Source of the DNA: Chloroflexota bacterium
GTDB lineage: Bacteria > Chloroflexota > Anaerolineae > SpSt-313
Length of the DNA: 64,000 bases
NCBI GenBank assembly: GCA_029553955.1
Contig: JAKPJZ010000034.1
Coordinates: 30,692-94,691, forward strand
Direction: 5' to 3'
Shown here: positions 53,371 to 62,201 of the stretch, piece after piece
Position numbering within the stretch: the first letter of the stretch is position 1
Layout: each line of letters begins with the position of its first letter
Notes under the pieces: model-generated
Databases searched by the model: none
What the model was told of the DNA's origin: nothing
What the model saw: only the letters and a program-made list of their open reading frames with translations
Made by a program: the position numbers and the translations under genes

Positions 53371-55380
53371 CTACAGGTGCGCGTCGAACCAGCGCAGGAT
53401 GTGCTCGAGGCGCGCGATGCGGCGGTCGGTGCGGCCGTTGCGCGAGAGGCCGTGGAACTCGTCGGGGAAGCGCACCATCTCGGTGGCGACGCCCAGCCGC
53501 TTGAGCGCCACAAAGACCTGCTCGCCCTGCTCGATGGGGCAGCGCAGGTCGCCCTCGTTGTGGATGACGAGGGTGGGGGTGACGGCGTGGCCGATGTAGC
53601 TGATCGGCGAGCGCTCCCAGTAGGCCTGCAGGTCCTCGAAGGGGGCCTTGTCGTTGATCTGGTGCTGGAAGGCCCAGTTAAAGTCGCTGGAGCCCCACAT
53701 GCTGATGAAATTGCTGACGCAGCGCTGCGTCACGGCGGCTTGGAAGCGGTTGGTATGGCCGATGATCCAGACGGTCATGTAGCCGCCATAGCTGCCGCCG
53801 GTGACGCCCATGCGCCCCGGGTCGATGTAGGGCTGTTGGGCGACGTAATCAGTCCATGACATAAGGTCAGCATAGTCGGTGGTGCCCCACTGGCGCCAGT
53901 TGGCCTTGGCGTGCTCCTCGCCATAGCCGCGGCCGCCGCGGGGGTTGCAAAAGTAGACGACGTAGCCGTGGGCCGCCAGGAAGTAGAACTCGTGCATGAA
54001 GAGGTGGCCGTACTGCAGTAGCGGCCCGCCGTGGATCTCGAGGATGGAGGGATACTTTTTCGTGGGGTCAAAGTGAGGCGGCTTGAGGATCCAGCCCTGC
54101 AGGTCGTTGCCGTCGGGGCCTTTGATCCAGGCCTCTTCGATGGTGCCCAGGTCGATGCGGCCCAAGAGCGCCCGGTTCTGCCGCGTGAGCTGGCGCTCGG
54201 CGCCGGTGGCCATGTCGCGCACGCACACCTGGCCGGGGTCATCCATACTGCCGTAAAAGTAGGCCAGCCGCGTCTGCTCGCGGTCGAAGGTACAGCTGCC
54301 CACCACGGCGCCCTCGCCGGCGACGGTCTGCAGCCCCTCGCCGTCCACACCGATGGCCATCAAGAGCGAGCTGCCGTGGCGCACGGCGGGGAAGTAGATG
54401 GTGCGGCCGTCGCGCGACCAGGTGGGCGGCATCTCCTCGGCCTGGCCCAGGTCGGCGATGGTCCACGCGCTGACGTGCAGGTCGTGTGGCTCGGTGAGGT
54501 TGCGCGGCGGCGCCGAGCCGTCGGCGGGCAGCACCCAGAGGCCCTGGTTCTTGAAGGGCAGAGCTTCGCCTTCGACGGCATAGTAGGCGATGAGGCGGCC
54601 GTCGGGCGAAAAGCTGGGTTGCATCTTGCCGCCGATGGGGGCGTCGATGCGGCGCGCCTCGCCGCCCGCGGCGGGCATGACAAAGAGGTCATCGGCATCG
54701 GGCCGCAGGTCGGGGTCGGCGCTGCGGTTGGAGACAAAGGCCAGCCGGCGGCCGTCGGGCGACCAGGCGGGCATCTGCTCGTCGAACATGGCGTGGTCGG
54801 TGAGCTGCTTAGCCCGGCCCGTGCGCGCGTCGACCGTCCACAGGTGCCAGCGCTCGTGGGGCAGGTAGCCGTAGCCGTCGAGCTTGTAAAAGGCGCGGTC
54901 GTAGTGGCGCGCCACCACGCCCAGCTTTTTCTTCTGCTCGTCCTTCTCGCGCTCCAGCGCCTCGGGGTCGGCCTTGCGCACCGTGCAGACGAGCCGGCGG
55001 CCGTCGGGGCTCCAGGCCAGGCTGCCGATGGTGCCCTCGATGGACGTCAGTGGGCGCGCCTCGCCGCCGTGGGTGGGGATGAGGTAGACCTGGGGCGGTT
55101 TGTCCTTGTCGCCGCGGTCCGAGAGGAAGGCGATCTCCTCGCCGTCGGGCCGCCAGCGCGGCATGGCGTCGACCTGGTCGCCATAGGTGAACTGGCGCGG
55201 CGGGCCGGAGCCATCGGCCAGGGCCAGCCACAGGTTGGCGTGTTTCTTCTCCGTCTTGCGGTCCACCCGCTGCACGCTGTAGGCCACGAGCCGGCCATCG
55301 GGCGACAGGCGGACGTCGGAGATGAGCTCAAAGGCGTAGAGGTCCTCGGCGCTGATCGCGCGCCTGGTGCGGGCAGGCAT
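53371..55380 (-). CDS. S9-family serine peptidase (beta-propeller plus alpha/beta hydrolase)
   Basis: Nucleophile motif GGSYGGYMT. TolB-like repeats are seen in the N-terminal half (SPDGRRL, SPDGRLIAY). 669 aa. Confidence 0.88.
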   Translation of the reverse strand: MPARTRRAISAEDLYAFELISDVRLSPDGRLVAYSVQRVDRKTEKKHANLWLALADGSGPPRQFTYGDQVDAMPRWRPDGEEIAFLSDRGDKDKPPQVYLIPTHGGEARPLTSIEGTIGSLAWSPDGRRLVCTVRKADPEALEREKDEQKKKLGVVARHYDRAFYKLDGYGYLPHERWHLWTVDARTGRAKQLTDHAMFDEQMPAWSPDGRRLAFVSNRSADPDLRPDADDLFVMPAAGGEARRIDAPIGGKMQPSFSPDGRLIAYYAVEGEALPFKNQGLWVLPADGSAPPRNLTEPHDLHVSAWTIADLGQAEEMPPTWSRDGRTIYFPAVRHGSSLLMAIGVDGEGLQTVAGEGAVVGSCTFDREQTRLAYFYGSMDDPGQVCVRDMATGAERQLTRQNRALLGRIDLGTIEEAWIKGPDGNDLQGWILKPPHFDPTKKYPSILEIHGGPLLQYGHLFMHEFYFLAAHGYVVYFCNPRGGRGYGEEHAKANWRQWGTTDYADLMSWTDYVAQQPYIDPGRMGVTGGSYGGYMTVWIIGHTNRFQAAVTQRCVSNFISMWGSSDFNWAFQHQINDKAPFEDLQAYWERSPISYIGHAVTPTLVIHNEGDLRCPIEQGEQVFVALKRLGVATEMVRFPDEFHGLSRNGRTDRRIARLEHILRWFDAHL

Positions 55381-55546
55381 GGCATGCGCTCCTTTGTTGT
55401 GTAGCAGGGCCCCGCGGCATTCACACTGAGGGTGATGGCTCTATTATAGCCGGGGCGGCCCGCACCGCAAAGGTCTGCGCTCAACTGCCGAAGCCAGGCC
55501 AAGGGCTGCGGGCTCTGGCCGCCAGCGTGCCATGGAGGCGAAGCGC

Positions 55547-56134
55547 TCACCTGGGCGCGAACCGATTGTGGAACACAAGCTCGGCCAGCGGCTTCTTGGG
55601 GCGTGGCGCGGGCGGCTCGACCGGGTAACCAAAGGCGAGGATCTCCGACGGGATGCAGTCCTCGGGCAAGCCGAGCAGCGCGGCGACGCGGTCGACATCA
55701 AAGCGCGAGACCCAGGTCGAGCCGACGCCGCGCTCGAGCGCAGCGAGGGCCATGTGCGTGCCGGGGATCTTGGTCTGGTGCTCCTCGAGGTTGAGGCGGG
55801 CGTAGAGGGCGCAGTCCATGCCCGCCACAGCGCCTGACCAGGCGGGGAAGCGGTCGCGCTGGATGTCACGCGCGCCGCGCTCGTCGGCCACGATGGTGGC
55901 ACAGAGGACGACGAGCAGCGGCGCGGCGGCGAGCCACTGCTGCCCACAGGCGGCTGCGGCGATCTCGGCGATCAGTGCGCGCTCGGCGATGACGCCGAAC
56001 TTCCAGGGCTGCTCGTTGCCGCCCGAGGGCGAGAGCCGGCCGGCCTCGAGAATCTCGGCGATTACCTCGTCGGGCACCGGCCGGTCGAGGAAGCGGCGCA
56101 CGCTGCAGCGCCTGCGCAGGAGGTCGAGGATCAT
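55547..56134 (-). CDS. Nitroreductase-family protein
   Basis: The ATG at 56134 overlaps the upstream stop (ATGA). [21 protein letters not shown]...SPSGGNEQPWKF. Confidence 0.82.
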   Translation of the reverse strand: MILDLLRRRCSVRRFLDRPVPDEVIAEILEAGRLSPSGGNEQPWKFGVIAERALIAEIAAAACGQQWLAAAPLLVVLCATIVADERGARDIQRDRFPAWSGAVAGMDCALYARLNLEEHQTKIPGTHMALAALERGVGSTWVSRFDVDRVAALLGLPEDCIPSEILAFGYPVEPPAPRPKKPLAELVFHNRFAPR

Positions 56135-56340
56135 GTCTGCTCCTGAGATGCGACGATCTCTTGCACGCGGCCCACCTGCCCGCTCTCGAGGCGCACCTTG
56201 ATGCCGTGCGGGTGGTGGGGCGACTTGGTGAGGATGTCTTTCACCGCGCCGCGCGTGCGCTTGCCGGTGCGCTGGTCCTGCTTTTGGACGATATCTACCA
56301 GCAGGCCGGGGCGAATGTCTTGGCGATTCTGGCCGCTCAT
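56131..56340 (-). CDS. YwbE-family small protein
   Basis: [53 protein letters not shown] matches my memory of the YwbE family. Confidence 0.75.
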   Translation of the reverse strand: MSGQNRQDIRPGLLVDIVQKQDQRTGKRTRGAVKDILTKSPHHPHGIKVRLESGQVGRVQEIVASQEQT

Positions 56341-56879
56341 GATGCTGTACGTGCTCCATATTCACTCTCGTGGATCTCGATGGTGAGCAGCTCGTCGCCC
56401 GGCGTGCGCGCCGTCTGCGGCTCGCGCACGGTCAAGCGTCGTGCCGCGTCCATGCCCTTGGTGACCCGGCCAAAGATGGTGTGCTTGCCGTTGAGCCAGG
56501 GCGTGGCGGCGTAGGTGATGAAGAATTGGCTGCCGTTGGTGTTGGGGCCGGCGTTGGCCATGGCCAGGATGCCGGCGCTGTCGAACCTCACGTCGCGGGC
56601 GATCTCGTCGTCGAACTTGTAGCCGGGGCCGCCGCGGCCAGTGCCGGTGGGGTCGCCGCCCTGGGCCATAAAGTCGGTGATCACGCGGTGAAAGGTGGTG
56701 TGGTCGTAGAACCCATCGCGAGCCAGGAAGACGAAATTGTTCACCGTCTTGGGGGCCTTGTCGGCGAGGAGGTCCACTTCGATATCGCCCTTGGCCGTCT
56801 TGAGGATGGCGCGATAGTGTTTCTTGGCGTCGATGGTCATCGCAGGGGGCTTGGGCCACTGTTTGGTGCTGACGGTCAC
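56337..56879 (-). CDS. Cyclophilin-type peptidyl-prolyl isomerase
   Basis: The GTG at 56879 follows [36 protein letters not shown]...[15 protein letters not shown]. Confidence 0.88.
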   Translation of the reverse strand: MTVSTKQWPKPPAMTIDAKKHYRAILKTAKGDIEVDLLADKAPKTVNNFVFLARDGFYDHTTFHRVITDFMAQGGDPTGTGRGGPGYKFDDEIARDVRFDSAGILAMANAGPNTNGSQFFITYAATPWLNGKHTIFGRVTKGMDAARRLTVREPQTARTPGDELLTIEIHESEYGARTAS

Positions 56880-57051
56880 GGTTTGCTCCTTTGCTGGTGT
56901 GGATGGGATGATTGTAGCGCGAATGCGGCGCGCGTCAATGCAGAGGCTGCGCTCGGAAGCCGTAACCATTCGTCGTCCAGCGCGTCTCCATAACGCGTCG
57001 ACTTGTGCGACCGCCCTCATGCGGGCGGTCTCCATTTGCAGGAGGTCCGCC

Positions 57052-57345
57052 ATGTCCGGTCCACTCGCCCTCCCGCCGCTCATCGGCTGCGCCGTGGCGC
57101 TGTGCAGCCTGCTGCTCGGCCTGCACACGCTGCGCCGGCGCGCCCTGCCGCCGCTGCTCGCGCCCTTGATGCGGCTGAACGGCGCGCTGACTGCGGCCGT
57201 CGCGAGAGACGACGTCGCGCGCCGGCTCGAGGACCTGCGCACGCCGGCCGATTCGGCGCGACTCTACGGCTGGGCCCTGGTCTACGCCGGCACCTTTGGC
57301 GTGATCGTCGCCGGCGGGCAGCTCCTGCGCCTGGCTTGCCTGTAG
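57052..57345 (+). CDS. Small membrane protein (97 aa)
   Basis: ATG 57052 follows GGAGG. Hydrophobic stretches at the N- and C-termini. Confidence 0.4.
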   Translation: MSGPLALPPLIGCAVALCSLLLGLHTLRRRALPPLLAPLMRLNGALTAAVARDDVARRLEDLRTPADSARLYGWALVYAGTFGVIVAGGQLLRLACL

Positions 57346-57356
57346 TACCGGAGAGC

Positions 57357-57405
57357 GAGCGGCGACACCTGACAGGTCTCGGAGACCTGTCAGGTGTCGC
57401 CGCTC
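57357..57405. repeat. Perfect palindrome (GAGCGGCGACACCTGACAGGTCTC-g-GAGACCTGTCAGGTGTCGCCGCTC)
   Basis: Direct reading. Confidence 0.9.
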
Positions 57406-57434
57406 TTGAAGCGCAGGCGGGGCCATGTTATAAT
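57406..57434 (+). promoter_or_regulatory. Extended -10 promoter (TTGAAG-N17-TATAAT, TG at -15/-14)
   Basis: TGTTATAAT at 57426-57434, 64 nt upstream of ATG 57498. Confidence 0.5.
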
Positions 57435-57497
57435 GCGAGCGGACTAGTCCTGGCGGCAGGCCCCGTTCGCTTGCCCCGCTGGGGCAAGGAGGCGCAC

Positions 57498-58691
57498 ATG
57501 CTCCAACCTTCCTTTGGCAAGGACATTCTCATCCTCCTGAATGCCGAGAGCGCGGGGGCGACGCGCACCGCGATTGACGAGATCCAGCGCCTGGGCGGGC
57601 GCATCATCCACGTCTACCCGCCGCGGGTGCTCATCGGCGAGGTGCCGCCCGAGGTCGAGCCGCAGGTGCGCGCGCTGGCCAACGTCAGGCAGGTCTACCG
57701 CAGCCGGGTGGACCTGGGTGAGGTGGAGGCCCTGGGCGCCGCGACGGTGCAGGCGGTGAAGGGCTGGAACCGAGGCTTTGCCGCCTCCTTCCGGGCGCTC
57801 AAATCGGGGCGTTCGAGCGAAGGCCGCTCGTGGGGCGCGCCCGGCTATGCCCCCGAGGGGCCGGTGCAGGCGCCGCCCCATCTGCGCGAAGGGGGCGACG
57901 CGCGGGCGCATGCCCCCGGCGGCGATACCAGCGCGTACCTCATCGGCAAGGTGGCCACCGCGATCATCCTGGTCGAAGGCTCGGCGGCGCCCTACACCTT
58001 TACCCAGATGGAGCGCGACACCATCGTGGCCGAGGTGCAGGACGGCCTGGGCTGGCTGGCGACGCAGGAGCCCAAGGCTCAGGTCTCCTGGTTCTACGAG
58101 GTCTATGAGGTTGGCCTCGACCTGGACCCGGCGCAGGTGCCCGATTTCACCGAAGACACCTGGCGCGATGCGGTCATGGCCAAGCTCGGCTATGCCGCCA
58201 ACTGGGCCGGCCTCGAGCAGTTCGCCCGCGACCGCCGCACCGCCCTGGGCACCGAGTGGGCCTATGCCATCTTTGTCACGCGCTTTCCGCTGTGGCACTT
58301 TGCCTATGCCTTCAAGCCGCGCGTGGTGCTGAACTATGACCTCGACGGCTGGGGCATCGACAACATGGACCGCATCGTGGCCCACGAGACGGGCCACATC
58401 TTTGGCGCGGCCGACGAGTATGCCGAGAGCGGCTGCACGTGCGGCGAGCGCTGGGGCTACCTGGACGTGGAGAACGGCAACTGCGAGCTCTGTGCGCCGC
58501 AGCAGGAGCCCTGCATCATGAGTCACAACGCCTGGGCCATGTGCGCCTATACTCGGGGCCACCTGGGCTGGCGCGACTCCAACGGCGACGGTGTGCTCGA
58601 CCCCCTCGACCCGCCGCCGCCGGTGGCTAAGCCGTGGTGGCTGCAGTTTATCGAGTGGCTGCTGGGCCTCTTTAGCCGTAAGCCACACTGA
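57498..58691 (+). CDS. Putative zinc metalloprotease (HExxHxxGxxD)
   Basis: ATG 57498 follows AAGGAGG, within track ORF 57003..58691. Motif VAHETGHIFGAADEY. A Cys-rich segment follows (CTCGERWGYLDVENGNCELC...C). Confidence 0.65.
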   Translation: MLQPSFGKDILILLNAESAGATRTAIDEIQRLGGRIIHVYPPRVLIGEVPPEVEPQVRALANVRQVYRSRVDLGEVEALGAATVQAVKGWNRGFAASFRALKSGRSSEGRSWGAPGYAPEGPVQAPPHLREGGDARAHAPGGDTSAYLIGKVATAIILVEGSAAPYTFTQMERDTIVAEVQDGLGWLATQEPKAQVSWFYEVYEVGLDLDPAQVPDFTEDTWRDAVMAKLGYAANWAGLEQFARDRRTALGTEWAYAIFVTRFPLWHFAYAFKPRVVLNYDLDGWGIDNMDRIVAHETGHIFGAADEYAESGCTCGERWGYLDVENGNCELCAPQQEPCIMSHNAWAMCAYTRGHLGWRDSNGDGVLDPLDPPPPVAKPWWLQFIEWLLGLFSRKPH

Positions 58692-58695
58692 GGAA

Positions 58696-58773
58696 GGGAT
58701 TGTGAAGCACGTTTCGGCGTCGCTGCCCGCCCCGCGGGGCGGGCAGCGACGCCGAAACGTGCTTCACAATCCC
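58696..58773. terminator. Perfect palindrome between convergent genes (apex GCCCGCCCCGCGGGGCGGGC)
   Basis: GGGATTGTGAAGCACGTTTCGGCGTCGCTGCCCGCCCC / complement. Overlaps the lnt stop. A terminator role is inferred from position. Confidence 0.55.
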
Positions 58774-60221
58774 TTTATCGTGAAGAAGACGAGGCCGGCC
58801 AGGGCGAGCCAGCCGATCCAGTCGCCCAGGCGGATGGCGGGGGCGTCGACGCTGCCCAGCGGCACGTTGGCGACGAGCGTGGCCGGCTGCATGGCGCTGC
58901 TCACGGCGCGGGCGACGATGCGCCCGTAGGGGTCGACGATGGCCGAGTCGTAGCCGATGTCGGCCTTGACCATCGCGGCGCGGTTCTCGATGGCGCGAAA
59001 GACGACGTGGCTGTAGTGCTTGGCGGCGATGGCAGGCCAATCGCACGAGGGCACGGCGATAACGGCGGCGCCGTTGCGGGCCACCTTGCGGGCGGTGTCG
59101 GTAAAGTCGAGGTCGTAGCAGATGATGCTGCCCAGCCGGCCCAGCGGCGTGTCGTAGGCGGGGTAGGTGCCGCGGGTCAGGCTCGTCTCGCCGGCGAACG
59201 ACACCGGGTGGTCTTTGCCGTAGACCCCCAGGAAGCGGCCGTCGGGTGCGAGCACGGTCACTTCATTGCGCAGGCCGCGCTCGCTGCGTACGCTGTAGCC
59301 GATAGCCAGGTAGGCGCGCGTCTCGGCGGCGAGCGCCTGCAGCTCGGCGCTGCGGCGGGTCTGGGGGTCGAACGGCAGGTAGCCCTCGGGCCAGACGATG
59401 AACCGCGCCCCGGCGGCAGCAACGCGGCGCGTCTGCTCGTAGAGCCGGGCCAGGTCCTCCTCACTGCGCAGCGAGGCGCCCGGCTGTACCGCGGCCACGC
59501 GTAGGGTGGGGCTGGGCGCGCGCAGCAGCGCCAGGCTGAGGCCCGTCCAGGCGGCAAGGAGCAGCGCCACGCTCCCCAGCCACGCCGCGGCGAGGCGGCC
59601 CGCCGGCCTGGGCGCGGCTGCCTGCTGTTGCAGCCGGCCCCATAGCCAGAGCGCGCCCAGGGCGAGGGCATAGTTGCAGAGGAGAATGAGCAGGCTGAGG
59701 CCGTAGACGCCAAAGAGGCTCACCGGCTGCAGCAGCCAGGTCCGCTCAAAGAGGGCGTGGGCGACAAAGCCCCAACTGCCGACCATGGGCAGGAGGCCGC
59801 GGATCATCTCGATGCCGACAAAGACGGCCGCGCCCTGGAGCACTAACAAGCGGTAGCGCGTGCGCTCGTGAAAGGCGCGGTCGCGCCAGGAGGCTGCGGC
59901 GGCGATGGCGGCGGCCACGAGTGGGATGAGCTCCATCCAGGGCGCGCGCGTGCCGCCAAAGGTGCCGCCCAGGTAGCCCCAGAAGAAGACGCCAATGCCG
60001 GCGCCGTAGGCCAGGCCCGAGAGGTGGCGCGGCAGCACCCGGTGCTGCGCCAGCACCATCGGCACAAGGCCGGCAAAGATCGGGGGCCATAGGCCGTAGG
60101 GCGGGAAGGCCAACGTCAGCAGCACGCCGCTCAGCGCGGCCAGGGCCAGCCCGGCCACGGTGCGCAGCACGAGCTCGCATGTGCCGACCTGGGGGGCGAC
60201 GTTTGAGGTTATGGCGCTCAT
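58764..60221 (-). CDS. lnt: Apolipoprotein N-acyltransferase
   Basis: Polytopic N-terminus plus a CN-hydrolase domain (RFIVWPEGYLPF, AIGYSV, SIICYDLDF: Glu/Lys/Cys triad context). Confidence 0.85.
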   Translation of the reverse strand: MSAITSNVAPQVGTCELVLRTVAGLALAALSGVLLTLAFPPYGLWPPIFAGLVPMVLAQHRVLPRHLSGLAYGAGIGVFFWGYLGGTFGGTRAPWMELIPLVAAAIAAAASWRDRAFHERTRYRLLVLQGAAVFVGIEMIRGLLPMVGSWGFVAHALFERTWLLQPVSLFGVYGLSLLILLCNYALALGALWLWGRLQQQAAAPRPAGRLAAAWLGSVALLLAAWTGLSLALLRAPSPTLRVAAVQPGASLRSEEDLARLYEQTRRVAAAGARFIVWPEGYLPFDPQTRRSAELQALAAETRAYLAIGYSVRSERGLRNEVTVLAPDGRFLGVYGKDHPVSFAGETSLTRGTYPAYDTPLGRLGSIICYDLDFTDTARKVARNGAAVIAVPSCDWPAIAAKHYSHVVFRAIENRAAMVKADIGYDSAIVDPYGRIVARAVSSAMQPATLVANVPLGSVDAPAIRLGDWIGWLALAGLVFFTIKGL

Positions 60222-60241
60222 CTGGCTCTCCTGGAATCCCC

Positions 60242-60409
60242 CTCACCCTAATACGACAACCGTACTTGTTGCCAGCGGTTGGTGGCGATCCGGGTGGCTG
60301 TCGGCTGATTCGCTGCGCTTCTCCCCGGCCATGGCCCGGAAGGGGAATGCTCGGCCGGTTGGCTGGCCCGCGGGCGGCCACGGGCCAGCCAACCGGCCGA
60401 GCATTCCCC
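60242..60409. repeat. Composite intergenic element in inverted orientation (CCTAATACGACAACCGTACTTG at 60248-60269; palindrome 60342-60409)
   Basis: The reverse complement shows the same order (palindrome, CCGGG-rich tail, CAAGTACGGTTGTCGTATTAGG) as 32850 and 36437. Confidence 0.8.
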
Positions 60410-60499
60410 CCAGATGGTTCCGTTCCGGCCATATGCTCCGTGCAGGGCACGGAGCGTGAAGCCCCGACAGCGGATCGCTACTCGGGAGGGGGCCGCCGG

Positions 60500-60853
60500 C
60501 TAGACCTCGGTGGCTCGCAGCGCGGCCAGCAGGCGCTCGGGCGGGTCGCCCTTGCTCACAAAGGCGTCGGCCCCGGCGGCCAACGCGGCGTGGCGCGCCT
60601 CGGGCCGTCCGCTGAGGGCGATCACGCGCAGGCGCGGGCAGGTAGCGCGCAGCGCCTGCACCGCCTCGGCGGCCTGCAAGCCGCGCAGTTCCCAATCCAG
60701 CAGCACGACGTCGGGGCAGGCCGCCCGGACCGTGGCCAGCAGGGCCTGAGCCTCGGCGGCCTCGTTTATCACCACCAGGCCCGGCTCGTGCTCCAGGAGC
60801 AGCCGCAGGGCCGAGCGGACCTCTCGTTGATCATCTGCAAGTAGTATACGCAT
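60500..60853 (-). CDS. Single-domain (CheY-like) response regulator
   Basis: ATG 60853 (MRILLADDQREVRSALRLLL...DVVLLDWEL...VIALSG...FVSKG). Confidence 0.85.
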   Translation of the reverse strand: MRILLADDQREVRSALRLLLEHEPGLVVINEAAEAQALLATVRAACPDVVLLDWELRGLQAAEAVQALRATCPRLRVIALSGRPEARHAALAAGADAFVSKGDPPERLLAALRATEV

Positions 60854-61162
60854 CTGCGCTGTCCCGGCACAATTTGATACAAGGGGCATCTGGAGGTCCG
60901 GCGGGCGCCCCCGCACCCGCCGGACCCCTGCCAACGGATTGGCAATGCTTCTGGCTGCTTCCACTATACGCCATGACGCCCTCCCATGCACCGTGCGGAG
61001 GACGAGACTCGCCGGTGGCCAGATGGCCAGTCCTGATGCTGGCCAGGTGGCCAGGTGCCTGATGGTGCGGAGTCACCCCTCGGAGGTGCAGCATTTGACA
61101 GCATTTGGACTCTCGCGTATCGTTCAGGCATCGTAACCGCCTCTAGCGAAAGAGGAGGGCTT

Positions 61163-62194
61163 ATGCCCAGCACATGTCGCCATACCTGCTCAAGAGTGGT
61201 CCGCATCGCGTTGCTCGTGGTGCTGCTTGGTCTTGCTGTGCTGCCTCCGGCCGGCACGCTGGCCCAGGGGCCGAACCTGCTGCAGAACCCAGGCTTCGAG
61301 CCGCCCTTTGCGGCTTCGATCCCCGGCAAGGAGAACTGCCTCATCGCGGCTCCTTGGGTCGCCTGGTTCGCCCAGGGCTCGGAGTGGGAGACGACACAGG
61401 GCTACAAGCTCGCCCCCGAGTACAAGATGGCCACCCGTGCCGACTATCCGGGCAACCGGGTGCGCAACGGCGAGCTCTCGCAGCAGTGGTTTCATAGTTG
61501 GGGCAACTTCCAGGCGGGCATCTACCAGGTGGTGCCCAATGTCACACCCGGCGCGCGCTACACGTTCGAGCTTTGGGTGCTGACCTGGTCATGCGACAGG
61601 GAAGACAAGGGCAACTGTGACGGCGCGACCTCGGGCGATCCATCGCCGATGCACGTGCGCATCGGCATCGACCCCAATGGTGGCGGCGATCCCTTCAACC
61701 CGGCCATCGTCTGGTCGGAGGAGGGGAACGCCTACGACGCCTGGACGCGCTTCGAAGTGACCGCGGCGGCCCAGGGCTCGACCATCAGCGTCTTTGTCTA
61801 CAGCTATCCCGAGTTCCGCAGCCAAGACAACAACGTCTACGTCGACGATGCCGGCCTGTTCATGGCTGCCCCGCCGCCGTCGCCGACGCCGCGGCCGACG
61901 AACCCGCCCACGGCGACGCCGCTGCCGACCGAGACGCCGCTGCCCACAGCGACCCCGCCGCCGACGGCGACCCCGCTGCCGCCGACCGCGACGCCGCAGC
62001 CGCCGACGGCGACGCCGCAGCCCACGGCGACGGCGCTGCCCGCGGCTACCGATGCGCCGCAGCCCACTGCCGTTCCGGCCAAGGCCCCGAGCCAGTCTTC
62101 CTCAGGGTCGGGCCTGCTCGTGCCGCTGGCCGGGCTGGCCCTCCTCGTGGCCGTGTCGGTCGGCATCGTGTTGGTCCGGCGTCGCGGCAGGTAA
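61163..62194 (+). CDS. Secreted carbohydrate-binding-module-like protein with Pro/Thr linker and C-terminal TM anchor
   Basis: ATG 61163 follows GAGGAGG. Signal peptide, then NLLQNPGFE (a CBM4/9-type start). The PT-rich region is PPPSPTPRPTNPPTATPLPTETPLPTATPPPTATP..., ending in LLVPLAGLALLVAVSVGIVLV. Confidence 0.7.
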   Translation: MPSTCRHTCSRVVRIALLVVLLGLAVLPPAGTLAQGPNLLQNPGFEPPFAASIPGKENCLIAAPWVAWFAQGSEWETTQGYKLAPEYKMATRADYPGNRVRNGELSQQWFHSWGNFQAGIYQVVPNVTPGARYTFELWVLTWSCDREDKGNCDGATSGDPSPMHVRIGIDPNGGGDPFNPAIVWSEEGNAYDAWTRFEVTAAAQGSTISVFVYSYPEFRSQDNNVYVDDAGLFMAAPPPSPTPRPTNPPTATPLPTETPLPTATPPPTATPLPPTATPQPPTATPQPTATALPAATDAPQPTAVPAKAPSQSSSGSGLLVPLAGLALLVAVSVGIVLVRRRGR

Positions 62195-62201
62195 GGACTG
62201 G

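Noticed and set aside
51690-53504. 604-aa plus-strand ORF and 334-aa minus-strand frame-shifted ORF over the GT4 gene
   Set aside because: The 51951..53066 minus frame gives a canonical GT4 sequence. The alternatives are low-complexity shadows.
54031-55404. 457-aa plus-strand ORF
   Set aside because: Antisense to the S9 peptidase.
57003-57497. N-terminal 165-aa extension of the metalloprotease ORF (track start 57003)
   Set aside because: The extension crosses a separate small ORF, a perfect palindrome and a TGnTATAAT promoter. ATG 57498 has a strong AAGGAGG site.
61794-62201. N-terminal extension of the 62202 hydrolase ORF (RRRRRP-rich)
   Set aside because: It is the Pro/Thr-linker DNA of the upstream gene read out of frame. 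ATG 62202 follows the upstream stop by 8 nt.
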